NCBI GenBank assembly: GCA_020536535.1
Contig: JAHLWZ010000808.1
Span: 62,001 to 126,000, forward strand
Reading direction: 5' to 3'
DNA: 64,000 nt
DNA from: Pelomyxa schiedti
Taxonomy: Eukaryota > Protista > Evosea
In this document: in pieces, positions 15,430 through 28,916 of the stretch
Numbering within the stretch: position 1 is the first letter of the stretch
Layout: every line of letters starts with the position of its first letter
Notes under the pieces: generated by a model
Databases searched by the model: none
The model's input: the letters and a program-made list of their open reading frames with translations, nothing else
Told to the model about the DNA's origin: nothing
Position numbers and translations under genes: made by a program

Positions 15430-17869
15430 CTAATTCTTTTTGAGGGATGGTATTTGGAATCCACCACCAAGAAGTGCTAAGAGAGCCTCCTATGTAGAAT
15501 GAATTAGTGACCTGTTCCTTTCAATACATCTATCCCATTTGAACGAGTAGAATTGGGGAGGTACCTGTTTCTCGGGATTTCTTGTCCTTGATGTACCACT
15601 AGCAGTACCACCACGGGATTGTGTTGCTTTAGTTGATTTCGCTGCCCGTGTTGGTGCCCGCTTCGTGGTTGTCTTTGTGGGTTTGGGTGCTTTTGTGTGA
15701 GGCGGCTCCTGTGTGGCTGTATTCTTCGCTGCCGCCGGTGCCTTTCTTCCGCGTTTTTTTGGAGGTTCTTCTGGTTGTGCATCCGTGGTTTTCTTGGGAT
15801 CGGTATCCTTGTTTCCTTTTTTGGTGTGCTTGACCTTGGAAGCCTCTTCATCTTTTGAAGGCTCGGCGCTCGGTGGTTTACCTGTTATGGGGTGCGTCTG
15901 CTGTGTGCCGCTTTCCGGTGCTGGCAAAGGTTTTTTTGAAGCAGTGCGCTTTGATGTTTTCACAGATTCCTCTTCCGTAGTTTCCTTGGGTACTGCTTCT
16001 TGGGGCTTTTTGGGTTCTTCCTCCTTTGCTGGGGGAACTACTGTTCCCAATCCTTTATGAGAATCACTTGAGTCTGTTTGCTCTTTGCCAGCCTTTGGGT
16101 CTGTTTCAGTCACATTCTCCTCTTTCCCTCCCGCTGTGGAACCGTTGGGTGCAGTAATGGACTTTTCTGGCACAGATTCACTACTCTTGTGGGCTTGTTC
16201 TACTGTTGGTTTGATTCCATCTGACATAACCTCTTGCTTCGCAGGCTCTTCTTTACTTGTATGTTGGACTCGTGAAGGGTCATTTGTTGCGTCAGATTTT
16301 CCATCTGTTTTCCCCTCTGAGCTTGCTTCTGTCACTTTCTTTGGGATATCTTCCCGTTGCTTGCTTGCTTCAGTCCTTGCTTCATCATCTTCCTTCTTGG
16401 CAACAGGGGGTTTACCTCTGAGTCTCTGTTTTGGTTCTGGTTTAGGAAGTTTCTCTTCTTTTTTTGTTCTTGCCGGCTTGAGATCCTTTTTGTGTGTTCT
16501 TGTAGTTTTTCCTCCCACCTTTATTTCATCTTGCTGGAGGTCTTCTTTATTGGCTGTTGGTTCTCTGTTGCCTCTGTTTTTCGCTTTTTCTTCCGGCACA
16601 CTGCTTGCTTTCTTGGCTTGAGATGACTTCGGGTGTTCACTCTCCTCAACTGGGGGTGGGATAACTGCAATTGGTTCTACGGGAGTATTGTGTTTACGAA
16701 GTCTATGCTTTTTGGCAGGAGGGGCAGCCACATCAGTGACTTCACAAATTGATGCGGCAGTTGGAGTCACAGAGGCAGTTTTGGTTGTATCAATTAGGGT
16801 ACTAGAGTTTTCCACATTTTGACGAGGTTTCAAGGCATGAGACTCCACAGGAGCGTTATAGGGTTTGTCATTTTTCCTCTTCCTGGACAGATTTTCGTTG
16901 TCACGTGTGTTTTCACACTGTGTTGCTTCAGGCATATGTGGACAGGAGCCAGGTTCAACACTCTGAAGAGCTGCTCCACTTTTCACTGAGTCAGTTGTCT
17001 TGGAGGATTGGTCCGTAGCACTCATGGGGAGACCAACTGTGGAACAAGAAAGCAGACCATTGAAGCCTGAGGTGCACTGGAGAGTAATGAATTGAAGGGG
17101 GAAAAAAAGGATCGATTACAAGTGTCCTTAGAGCTTCAAACTGGGTTTTTTTCTCCTCTATCAAAACTTGATTTCTTTTCTGAGCCTTATATATTAGAGG
17201 AAACTTAGTAGAGCGAACACACATTTCGGTCATTCAACTCCATTTCCTTGTGGCACATCATGCAGCAGCACTTGATTGGTGTGGGTAAATTTTTCCCTGG
17301 GGAACTACGCTTTGAACTAAAGGCACTCAACTGAAGCTGTAAGTGAGACTTCTCCAACAGATGAGAAGCTCTCTCCAACCCTATATCAACTGCGTCACTC
17401 TCCAACAACTCCATATAAACAACAACACCAGCAACAACAATAACAACAACAAAAACAACAACACCGCCGAACCGACTGCCACCGAGTACTACATACAATT
17501 GCTGAAGCCCAGCTTATGTATCTCCACGCCCAGCAGCGAAGCGGTGCAGCGGTCCTCGGCCCGCACCATCCTCAGCTCCGCAAATGGCTTGGCGTGGGAC
17601 CACGGCACCCGCGCCAGCGTCTGCGCGGGCCGGTAGTCCAGCGGCGCCCAGGGCTCCCAGCTCCGCCTGCCTCCCTCCCCCTGCGCCCCGAGCCCTGCGC
17701 CCTCCCCGTCCTCCTCCTCCGCCCTGGCCCCGCCCCCCGTCCCTGCCGCCTCGTACTCGTCTTCCCCCTGCTGCCCCTCTCGCTGGTGGGCCACCGCCTG
17801 TTGGGCACTCGAGTGGCTCGTGTCCTTTTCTTGCTTGACGGCAACCAGCCGTTGCTGTGTCTGCTGCAT
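15430..17869 (-). CDS. Hypothetical protein: small N-terminal Cys-containing region plus a long Lys/Glu/Pro-rich disordered region
   Basis: Splicing joins ORF 17489-17869 to exons containing PIKCCCMMCHKE and then the 511-aa ORF 15490-17025. Probable last exon EALLALLGGGFQIPSLKKN*. No family recognised. Confidence 0.6.
17418..17463. repeat. Imperfect (CAA)n microsatellite in an intron
   Basis: aacaacaacaccagcaacaacaataacaacaacaaaaacaacaac, lying inside the predicted first intron of the 15430-17869 gene. Confidence 0.8.
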
Positions 17870-17945
17870 GGCCTTGGAGTGAGTATTCTAGTGCGAGAAA
17901 AAAAAAAGTGCACAGAATTTTTTTCTTTGTATTATTGCGCACTGA

Positions 17946-20900
17946 TTAGAGAGTGAGTGCGACTTTGAGAAGAAGGTCACGGAAGGCCAGCCTCTTGTTG
18001 GTAGGATTCTTTGCTACCGCCGCCCATTTTTCTCCATGGCGGGGTTCTGCTTGTGCACAGCGCTGCTTTACATCCTCTTGGGTTTTCTGTTTTGGGGGTT
18101 TCATGGATGTTAGTTTGGTTGGGGAAGAAAAAAGAAGAAGGGTACCGCTGTGCCGTGCTGGGTTTCGAACTTGTAAAAGTTGGCCCATGCATCACCCAGG
18201 TCGGGGTTGAGAGTAACAGCTCGGTTGAACCAAGTCCGTGCCTTTTCCACTTTGCGATCCGCCCAGAAAATCCTGGTAATTTGGTGATTTGGTGATAAGG
18301 AGGTGCTCCCATAAAATTGTAAGTGGATGACACACTTTGCAATAGAGACAATCACGTGAGCGTCGTCGTCGCAATGCTTCAGCGCATCAACACTGCGTGC
18401 TTTCTTTCCTTGAGGAGGTTCATTCTCGATAAGCTCCGCCCACAGAATGCCAGATCTTGGGCACTCTTGCAGTGCTTTGAGAAAGGTGGTCAGAAAATTG
18501 AAAAGTGAGAAGATATATACCTTTGGCCATCAATCCTTGGGCTACTTTCTTATTTCCTGCACGATTCTCCACTCGTATTACCTCCAACCACAGGTCAGCA
18601 CACTTTGGTATTGCGTGTCTTGCTTTCTCCAGCAGGGCACGTGCTTTTCCTTGTGCCACAGATGTGCCAACACTCTCTTCACACCGGGCTGCACTGAGCC
18701 ACAACTTCACACTTGTTGGGCAGTGACGCAAGCCAGTTTCGTAGAGCTCTCGAGCAGAATTCACACCTTCTGTGTCAAATGCAAGAGAACCACGCATAAT
18801 CCACAGTTTTGCAGACTGTGGGTACAACTTCAGGGCATCTTCCAAAAGGCTCTTTTCTGCATCTCTGAATGTAGTGATAAGTGAAAAGAGTCTGAGGCAA
18901 TGCCACCACATACCTGTTGTTCAATTGTTTCTCTAACTGTGCTGACTTGATCCACACATGCTCAGTAGGACAAGTGATTCTCGCACGATTAAGCAAAGAC
19001 CGGGCTCTTTCTTGTTGATTGTTCTCATTTTCAAGTTTTACTGCAGCTAACCAGATAGCCTCACTGTCGGGATTTGCAGCAAAAGCTTCTTGAAGTATAC
19101 ATCTTGCCGCTGGCACGTCACCCTGTGTTGGAAAAATTATTTTACCTTCCATAACTCAGGACAGACATACCCCAAGCCACTTTTCTTTAGCTGCCATGAG
19201 CCACAGAACCTCTGCTTGAGGACAATATGAAACAGCTTTTTTGAGTAAAGCATCCAATCCATCTCTTGTTCCATACTACACATAAAATCCAAGGGAGAAG
19301 AGAAAAAAAAGGGAGGAAGGGGGGAGAGGTAGACAGAAGGTCAACAGGAACTACGGACAGGTTAAATATTTTTATTTAAAGAGAGGAAAGGAACCTGTTT
19401 TTCGAGCATTGCAGCACCAAGCCACAACGACTTTTTCCCTGGAAAAACAGTTAAAGCATTGGCATAAATAGCCCGTGCGGTAACAGGGTTTCCTGCGCCA
19501 ATTGCCTGCAATACATTAAAATCGAGAAGTAACAGTAGGAACAAACATTTTCGGCATCCTCTTTCCATGTTTTCTTACGATCAGCTTCTTCCACATCCAT
19601 GCCAATTGTCTCCGCAATTATAGCCTGGCAGGTAGCAACAGAGCCAGCTTTCTCGGCTGTCTGTGCTTCTTTCAGCCAATCTTCCCTTGACATGGATACA
19701 TTGTGCACTCGGAGAGATTTCACTCCTAGGGGGCTCTATTGTTAAGAAAGAAGTAAATAAAATAAGGTACTCACCCCTTTTAATGATAGTGGTAACAGTT
19801 GATTCCAAGCCATGAGCTTCCTCCAGTTTGGCTGCCGTTATCCATATGAGGGGTTCTGTTGGTAATATTTCCCTAGCTTTGTTGAGGACTTTCCTTGCAT
19901 TTTCATGTGATTCAAGGCGAGCCAGGGCAAGCCATACATCTACGCTCTGGGGCACACACCTGCAAATATTCAGTTTATAATCATTTAGATGGCTTACATA
20001 CTCAACTGCCCTACTCAGAAGAACACGCGCATTTTCAGGATCTTCCAGCTGTACAGCTGCTTTCCAAAGTCTTACGGAATTGGGTACAAATTCGAGGGCT
20101 ATATCTACATAAGAATAAAGCGAAGCACTCACATTGAAAACCTTTTCTTAGAATTCTTCTTTTTGCATTTACGTCATCCTCCAAGTCAGCAGCAGCAATC
20201 CAAACCTTCACAGATTTGGGAATGTTTTGTACTGCCTGTGCAAGTATTCCACGTGCGTTTTCTTTTGTCTGTACTGTGTCACTAAAGGTACTGTAGAAAG
20301 GGTATATTGCTCACTTGTAATCTTGCAGCTTCAAGCCAGACATCTTCAGCCTCTTTACACATCTCCGTGCCCCTCATAATAATCTTACGTGCCTGCAGTA
20401 ATCTTCCAGCAACTTCCTCCAGGCGGGCTGAGGCAATCCAGCCTGGGGGGTGATGAGGATTAGTGGTCCGCACATTCTTTAGTAGCATGCGGGCTCTCTT
20501 GATGTCTCTGAAGAAAAGAATAATGAGCTATCTATACCACTCCTCAGATGACAACTTACCCAATTTCTGCATCACTTATGCCCTTCAAACTATTGAGGTC
20601 CGTCAGGTAACCTTTACTGTCCACAGCTGATTGTCCTGCAACTGCTGTAGATATCTGAAAGAAGTTAGTGTCCTGCTCCAAAAACTGTCAATGGCAGAGT
20701 CACATACACCAGATAACTTCATCTCCAATAGCTTGCTTCTTGTTATACCGATCTCTCTAAGGTCAGTTGTAGTACCAGGAACAGATGTACCAGCTGGGGT
20801 GTTCACACCAGGTGTAGAAATCCCCGATAGTATACTGGTAGGAAAAATAAGTGATATAAATAAATGGAAAGGCTTACGGGATAGGCATATTTTCAGTACG

Positions 20901-21778
20901 TGCATGCTCTATAATAGAGTCAGGGACAGGGGTGTATCTCTGAAACTCAGGGACCATTCTGCGCTTCCTAGGGCGTGCTTGATTGGTGGAGTCAGGGATT
21001 GCATCCCAATCGGCTTCTGTTAAAGTTCCCAGTTCGCGCTTTAGGTCACTCAACTGTTGTTGGATTTTAGGGCGTGTGGCTCGGTATTTCTGGAGGTCTT
21101 GTTTCATACGCGTCTCCCTGTGTGTGTGGTTGGTATCATCTAAGGTTAGATAATACAGACAGTGCACCTTCTAGTTCGCCTACGGGAGTCCATTCGAGAG
21201 TCAATAGCTTCCCAAACTGCATCAGCTTCTTTGTCCTCTTGGTCATACCTAGAATAGTGAAAGTGTGTTAGTAGGCTGTTGTCAGTTAAGTTAACGTACG
21301 GTGTGGTTGAATCGAAAAGAGGAGCAGAGTAACCACTGAATTCATCAAAGTTGGACTCAGAGTAGTCCCCTCTGTCGTCATCGTCCTTTGGTTTACAGTA
21401 AGGTAAGGCCAAAAAGAGGGGAAAAAAGGCACTATGCTCACGTCTTTTTGTGGTTGAACAGCAGGCCTAATACAGTGTGAATAAGAAGTAAGAATACATA
21501 GGAACTTACACAATTGGATCGGGTCCATCACGTGCAGGACCAATATCAGATCGCGTGGTGAATCCGGTGGCACTTTGAGCGATAGTAAGCGAAATTAACT
21601 AACCCATAAAAAAAGGTGGGAAGAAAACAGGAAGAAAGAAAACCATAGCAAAAAATCAAAAAAAAAAAAAAAAGCATGGGGGAGGGGAAAAAAAAAGCCG
21701 GTACCCTCTGCCCAGACCAGCCACGTAATTTGGAGGCGGTTGTGCGGTCAAGAACGATCTCTTCTCACTCCCCAACAT
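17946..21778 (-). CDS. PRPF6: Pre-mRNA-processing factor 6 (Prp6, HAT repeats)
   Basis: [83 protein letters not shown] and C-terminal [13 protein letters not shown]. Confidence 0.97.
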
Positions 21779-21891
21779 CCTAGTCTTTATTTACTTGTTT
21801 TGATTGTACTGATTTTGTTCCTTTCAAAAAAAACTCAGGAAAATTCGCAGGGAACGATTGGCGTATCACCCATAATCTCGTATCTACACGC

Positions 21892-23511
21892 ATGATAGTT
21901 GTGGGTGATAAGGTGGTTGTCGGGGGGTGTTTTGGAGAGGTCTACGACCCCGGTTTCGTTGAGTGGGACCCATTATCTGGTTTGGTGACTCGCGTGGGTC
22001 ACGGGGTACCTTCGCAGGGGAGACTTGACGAACTGTCAATTCCCGCTTCTGAGGTGCCACACTACAACTTGGTACCTTGGTTTTTTTTTTCTTTCCTTTC
22101 CCTCACTTGCTGTGTCATTTCATTGATGGGCTAATGTGTATCGCATTAGGTCATGCCAGGATTTGTTGATATACATAACCATGGAGCAGGGTCATTGGCT
22201 ACAGATGTGATTGAGAATTGGTCCAGACCGGCGGATGTGTGTAGAGTCACAAGTGTTTTTCAAGTAACTAATAGAAATTAGGTTTTGGGTTACCTTGGCT
22301 CAGTTGGAACAACAAGCTGCCTGGCTTCATTGACACTGCCCTCTGACAACCTCGATATAACTCACAGAATAAATGAAACTCTACGTGGTCACATAAACGA
22401 AATTGGTAAATATACTACCTATATTTCGATAGAGTCGAAATTTCTTGGTCTAATATTATTTTGGAGAGGCCTTGGCTGTGTACTCAGAGGAGTGCATTGT
22501 GAGGGACCTGTAATTGAGACTCTTGGAGGGCTGCCAAATTCTGAAGCCTACATTTCTCCTAAGGCTTTTTCAGCTCTCTTGGATGATACCCCTGCATTGA
22601 AAATGATGACTGTTTCTCCCAGGTGTTAATGTAAGGGAAAAACCCGAGATGAGGTTGTAATTACTATATCTAGCCTTGCCGCCAAATATGACTACTGGCA
22701 CATAAAACAGCTTGTGGAGAGAGGAATTAAACCGGCTCTTGGTCACGACCTTAATGCCAATGCACAAAATATTCTTGGTAATCCCACTTTTACTTTTTTA
22801 CTTCACTATTAATAAGCTAAGGGGCGTTATCTTGTAGCAAAGCTGCTATGCATATTACACACATGTTCAATGTATCATCATTTCATCACAGGTTTCCCTA
22901 ATTTTTTTTTTCACCCATAATGAAAGAATAAAGGAACATGGGGTTGTGTAACTTCGGGATGGTGAAGAAGTTTCCCAACCTTCCAGAGTACAGTGGACTT
23001 GTCCCACCAACAGTTGAGGTGATTGGTGATCTCATACACATGTTTGTCCCCAGTGACATTTGTCATCTTGACTTGAACCAGAAACCCTTTAGTAATACAG
23101 GCATTGCTTGACCAAAACCGAGACAACGTTTGCTTTGTAACCGATGCAGTTGCATGTGGTAAGGACCTTACAAGGAATAAAACCTATCTGGGAAGACCAT
23201 TGTCAATTTCTGACAGGGTTACAGTAGCAGGTACACAATTTTTGTTGTTCACCAAATTCCAATACAAAAAAATAGGAACAAACACGCTTGCTGGCAGTTG
23301 TGTGGACATGATGCAAATATTTCGCTCCCTTAACATATTTGGGCTTACTCCTGAGCAAGCCAGTCCAATGTTAAGCAGCATTCCTGCTAAAATAGCCGGC
23401 CTTTTGAATGTGGGTACTCTGTCTGTTGGAATGTCATGTGATTTCGTTGCATTTGATGGTCCAGAGAACACACTAGAGGCTGTTGTTTCTGGAGGAAATA
23501 AAATACTGTGA
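21892..23511 (+). CDS. nagA: N-acetylglucosamine-6-phosphate deacetylase (amidohydrolase superfamily, NagA/AMDHD2-like)
   Basis: MPGFVDIHNHG, GVHCEGP, ALGHD, THMFN, FVTDA (catalytic Asp), LAGSCVDM and a C-terminal GTLSVGMSCDFV. Start codon uncertain. Confidence 0.88.
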
Positions 23512-23649
23512 TTCCAACAGCACAAAAATTTATTTACTAGAAGACACCAGGGCATCAATATGGATGAAACCGTGGAGAAATGTACTGGATAGGCTACTGG
23601 AGGGTTTAGTGGGGAGAGGTGGGTGCTACTGGTTCTTCCCAAGGAGACA

Positions 23650-25107
23650 CTACACTCCACAAGGTAAAGGGAGTCCAAATTCGTCCAAGAAAACTCCTGT
23701 TTCCGTTGCAGTAAATGCTTGCTTCAGAATTACGTTGGCACCAAAGGAAGGATCTTTTTTATTTGTGAAAGGAAGCCTCCATGAAAGCTCCTACCTTCCA
23801 AGTTCAAGAACGAGTGCCAGGAGGCAGGGATAATATCTGTATTGCATGTTCCGGGGTGAACACTTGTAATCAAAATACTGGGGTATTTGGTTGCATAAAT
23901 CTTGGTTATCAGAGTGACTAGTACTTTGGAGAGACCATAAATATAAGTAGCCCATCCTTGGGCGGCAGTATGTTCCTTTCCCTTAGAAAGGAGCGAAACC
24001 TACACGACTTAGGGTTTTGGACAAACAAGTTTGTAGGTACATACATACTCCTCCATCAGTGATGTGATTGAAGGAATATCATAAACAGAAGTTACGTGGG
24101 ATTGCACATCAGGACTACATTGCGCCAGGAATTTACCTACACCCTTACTGGACACATTTACAATGTGCGGCATGGGCAGGAGACTGCTTGGCGTAGCATG
24201 GTCCATCATAGGAATGAATGCGTCCATGGTTCTAAGTACTCCATGCACATTGATATTAAATACGTCAATTGCAGCCTAAAGAGAAACAAACCAATTAATT
24301 TGTAAATAAAGAAATCAAACAAAAAAAAACCCACTTTGGCAGAAACTTCCAAACCACTGACGTCACTGGGATCGTGAGGAGCAATTCCAGCGTTGTTTAT
24401 AAGTAAGTCCACACGTCCCCACTTTTGCTTCACGGAATTCGCCCCCTGGGTAACAGATTCAGGATCGCCGATGTCCATGGCGAGGCTATCCACAACCACA
24501 ACAACGACGGGCCCGGTCCCATAATCCTGAGCCATCACTCCCGGCATTCCGCCGCTACCGTTCACCACTACTCGTGGGACCGTCCCACAATTAACAGTGG
24601 AGGCACTCCCACTAGTCGCATTTGTGGCTCCACATCCAGCCACGATCTCGTCCCTGGCGGCATGTATCTTCCCACAATCTCTACCCACCATAATCACCAC
24701 GACTACAACCACATTCCCATCCCGATTTTCATCCACTCCACCTCGAGAGGTTGGGCACAGAGCCCCCCAGTCTTTTTGCGCCAGTTGTTGGCACATGGCC
24801 TTTCCCAGTCCCCTGTTGGCCCCAGTAACAACAGTCACAAATTTCGCCGCCTGAAGAACAGGTTTCGTACTTATGGGAGCCGAAGGTGAAGATGCCGACA
24901 TTGATGCCGCTTGAAGAACAGCAAGTAATTCGTTTTTTTTGTCTGTGAACTGCTGTTGTTGGTGTGGCTCTTTGAAAAGGAAAAAAGAACTCTCACATCT
25001 TTCACAAGGATAGAGAGTTCCTCACGGCACTGTGCCTGTTGGTCTTTGAGTTGTCTTATTTCGGCCAAAGTAGCCCGGATTCTGTCAGCTGGTGTTTGGG
25101 GCTGCAT
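23650..25107 (-). CDS. Short-chain dehydrogenase/reductase (carbonyl-reductase-like) with N-terminal coiled-coil extension
   Basis: VVTGANRGLG, DLLINNAGI, IVNVSS and catalytic YGLSK. First exon MQPQTPADRIRATLAEIRQLKDQQ splices in frame (GAT|gtgag...cag|TTC) to FTDKKNELLAVLQAASMSA. Confidence 0.85.
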
Positions 25108-25350
25108 TTTTCAAACGTTTGAAATTTATGATGGTTTCACGGAACATGTTAACTTATTGAAACAACACAAAGGTTCTACAATGAGTAATGTTGGAATGAA
25201 CTCTATACAGGAGGAAGAGAAGCTTGGCTTTCGAGGTGGTGCTGTGTGTGTCTAAGCAGTAGTGTCTCTGCCAACCATCATCCGGCTATCTTTGTGATAT
25301 AAATGATTGACGGAGTGGTGACTGGCAGAGGGACACAGCAGGCCTCCCTC

Positions 25351-28300
25351 TCAGGGGTCCCCTGCCTGGGCCTGCACCTCTTTTTGCTTGCGCTCCCATT
25401 CCTCATACCACTTGTGGGTCTCGGCTCTTTTGATGGCTTCCTCCTCCCGTTTGCGGGCCTCTTCCTCCTCCCTCTTTTTCCGCAGTTCCTCACGCCGGCG
25501 GGCTGCTGCTGCTTGGCTCTGGGTGAGTTTGTCCTCACTGGCACTGGCGCTGCTTGGTGCTGCAGGGCCCTGGGTGTTTGTTAGTGGGCCGGAATAGATG
25601 AGCAATGGGAGGAGAATCAACCTTCATGAAAACGCCGCGAGCACTCTGGACGGCGCCGGATTCTATGGATAGAGACTTGGTTGTGGCTCCTTTCTGGGGG
25701 CCTTCTTGCAGCGATAAGAATTTCTCGCGCTGCTGGTGAACGATGTTTATATGTTGCAATTGCTCGGTTTCACGCTGTCGAGCAGTGTTTGGAGTAATAT
25801 TCGTTGGTTTGTGCGTGATAAGAGTTGTAATTGCAGCGCTGACTGCACCTGTTTCTACTACTTTCGGGGCTGGTGGTGGTGGAGGTGCAGGTGGAGGTGG
25901 AGTGAGGTTTGCTTTTATAGTGGATGGCGGTTTTGATTGGCCTTGTTCCGTAGTTATCACCTCCACCTCTACCTCTTTAATTGTTTCAATGGTTACCTCA
26001 CTTGTAGGTAAAGGTTGCACAATAAGTTGCATTTCAACTTGCTCAACAGTGCTAAGTGCCCTCTTTTCATTTTTCTCAGGGAGTTTCGCCTCCGCAGTCT
26101 GTCTCCTTGCAGCTTCCTCTGCAATGCGTTTCCTCTTTGCTTCATCGGCAGCAAGTTTCCTCCTCGCCTCTTCTTCTGCAATGCGCTTCCTCTCAACTTC
26201 TTCTTCTGCAAGGCGCTTTCGTTTTGCTTCAGCTGCCAGGCGTTTCATCTCTGCTTCTTCCTCTGCGATGCGTTTCTTTGCTGTTTCTTCTGCAAGGTGC
26301 TTCTTTTCTGCTTCCTCATCTGCAATGCGCTTCTTCTCCGCTGTTTCTTCTGCAATACGTTTCTTCTCTGCTGCCTCTTCTGCAACGCGTTTCTTCTCTG
26401 CTTCTTCTGCAAGACGGTTCTTCTCGGCTTCCTCTTCTGCAAGGTGCTTCCTTTTTACTTCTTCCTCGACACGTTTCCTCTCAGCTTCCTCTTCTGCAAT
26501 GCGTTTCTTCTCGGCTTCTTCCTCTACAACACGTTTCCTCTCTGCTTCTTCCTCTGCGACGCGTTTCTTCTCTGCCTCTGCATCTGCGACGCGTTTCCTC
26601 TCTGCTTCTTCCTCTGCGACGCGTTTCTTCTCGGCTTCTTCCACGGCAAGTCTTTCTTCTTCCTGTTGTTTTAGGAGAGCCTCCTCTTTTTTCTTCCTCC
26701 GTTCCTCCTTTTTCCTTTCATGTTCTACTTGTTTGGCTTCCTCCTCTTTCAGTCTTCCAGCTTCCTGGTCTTCCTGAGATTCTTTTTTTTTACCTTCGTC
26801 CTTCGTTTTGAGCTTCGTACCTTCAGCAAGAGCCTCAGATGGTTGATGTTCTGGAGAGCTGTGTTCCTCCGAATGTACATTTGCCGTATCCACTTTGACA
26901 GGAGCATCACTGGAAACCGGTTGGTTTACTGGTCCCACTGACACTGGGGGAGTATTTGGCTTGGGTTGGTTCTGAGCGGTCTGTTGATTTGCTTGTGCCA
27001 CTTCAGTTTCTGTAGTCTTAATTGAAGCCTTTTCCATAACAGCTGGGCTGGGTGACACTTCAGTTGAAGACTTGCTCAGTGTGTTTGTAGGTCGTAGTTT
27101 CACAGTGAAGGGGAGTCCCCCTGTCCCTGTGGATGGTGGGGTTTGTGGTTGCTTTATTGTTGCAGCATTCACCCCAAATTTCTTTGGCTCTGCTGTTGCT
27201 TTCGTGCCAACAGTTTCTGAGGCAGGAGGGACATTGGACCTGGGTGATGGATTGGGTGATGGATTGGAGTTGGCTGCTTCAGAGGGAGCAGTGTCGCGCA
27301 TCTTTGCAAGTTTCTTAGCCAATTCCCCTCCATCACTTGGCTCAGTTGGAACAAAGGACTTTTTCATGGTCTGAGCTGAACTAGCTCTATTCAGAGGGCG
27401 AGCAGCTGTGTTAGTTGAAGGTTGGGGAGTGGTCACCGGTGGGTCAGGTGTTGGTGTAATTGTGACTACCACAGTGGGAACTTGTACTGCAGGTGATGGA
27501 GATGGTGATGGTGAGGGAGAGAGCTCCCTGTCTGACCCACCTGGGGAGTGAATTTTTTTCCTTAGTGTTGAACCCCAAGCAGGCTGATCCTGAGTCTTAA
27601 GTGAAGCAAGCTTAGCTTGCCTGTCTGACTCTATTCGATTAGCTCTTTCTTCAGCTTCCTTCTTTGCAATCTCTTCTTTATGCTTTATCTCAGCAAGACG
27701 CTCCTCCTCAATACGCCGTTCCTCAGCAAGTCTCTGTTCTTCTTCTTCTTGTATACGTTTCTTCTCGGTTTCTTCTGCAAGTAACTTTTGTCTGTCCTCC
27801 TCTTCCTTTTGTTTGCGTTTTGCTTCAGCAGCAGCATTAGTTTTTCTTTGCCTTTGTTCCATAAGCCGTTTCATCATAAGCTCTTTGCTGGTGGCTTTAG
27901 AATGAAGTTAAAGCAAGAAAAAGATGCATGTATAAATACCTCCAGGAGTAGTAGCACCCTCACCCATTTTGACCTAAAGAAAAACAAAAACAGTGACAAT
28001 ACACAAGAAATAAAGTTAGTGAGGCTTGGAAGCTATTTGTAGTGAAAGCATAAGCTTTTTTTTTTTCCCCCACACTCACCAGTTTTAAAGAAAAAAAAAA
28101 AACCCAAACAAACCTCCATCTGTAGGCCACTGGAAGTCAAGGCCGTGCCAGTGTTCACTGTTGGGATATCCGGCGATGAAGCCGACAGCGAGGCTCCTAC
28201 CCCGGGGGGCGAGGAGCCCAGCACGGGGGAGCCGCCGGTCACCGGCAGCGGCGACAGCGAGGCCCCGCGCCTGGCGTCCTTGTCGCGGTCCCTGTCCCTC

Positions 28301-28608
28301 TCCCGCTCCCTGTGCCTCCCCCCCTTGTCCCGCTCCCCTCCCTCGCCGCCGCCCCCCTCGGCCTCCTCGCCCCCGCTCGTGGCCCCGCTGCCGCCCCGCA
28401 GCCCCGACTCGGCGATCTCCGCCTTGGCCGCGGACGTCGGGGGGAACTCGCTGCGGTGGCGGTGGTGGTGGGACGACGAGGACGACGCCGCCGCGCGGGG
28501 GGCCTCGGCCTCCGCCGCTACCGGCGCGGCGGGCTCCTCCTCGTCCTCGTCGTGGCCGTGCTTGTGTTTGTGTTTCCCGCTGTGTTTGCTGCTGTGTTTC
28601 GAAGACAT
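25351..28608 (-). CDS. Large low-complexity charged protein with E/K/R repeats (putative single alpha-helix/coiled-coil segments)
   Basis: GC-rich first exon (MSSKHSSKH...) splices via QME|VKMGEGATTPG|ATSKELMMKR into the 780-aa ORF 25535-27877. Last exon GPAAPSS...EWERKQKEVQAQAGDP*. No catalytic domain recognised. Confidence 0.7.
26170..26645 (-). repeat. Coding tandem repeat, about 30-nt unit encoding AEEEAE(K/R)KR(V/I/L)-like decapeptides
   Basis: Recurrent forward-strand units such as tcttcctctgcgacgcgtttc and ttcttctgcaaggtgcttc; translation EEAEKKRVAEEEAERKRVADAEAEKKRVAEEEAERKR... Confidence 0.9.
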
Positions 28609-28916
28609 CGAAATTTTTTTTTTGTTTTTTTTTTGTCGTGGTTTTGTTGCTCTCTTTGTGTTTTTTCTTCGGTTCTTGTTGTTGGAAGGGAATTCGGCGA
28701 AGCGTTTTACCACAACGCGGTATTTTTTTTCCTTCTTTCAAAAAGGGAGCGCCATGTGGTGTGCTGTACATGAATTTACGGTAAAGGCCTTGAGCTCACA
28801 TATGTTGTGCTTTATAAGTATCTCCTGGGAAACGGAATTGGGAATGGCCTATGTCAGGGTGCAACACGAGATAGCTGTTTGTTTACGCGGCTTGTTCCGT
28901 CCAACTGTACACTGAG

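Noticed and set aside
25743-26811. Long plus-strand ORFs (344, 251 and 219 aa) rich in F/S/L/C
   Set aside because: Antisense read-through of the EAEKKR repeat region, not independent genes.
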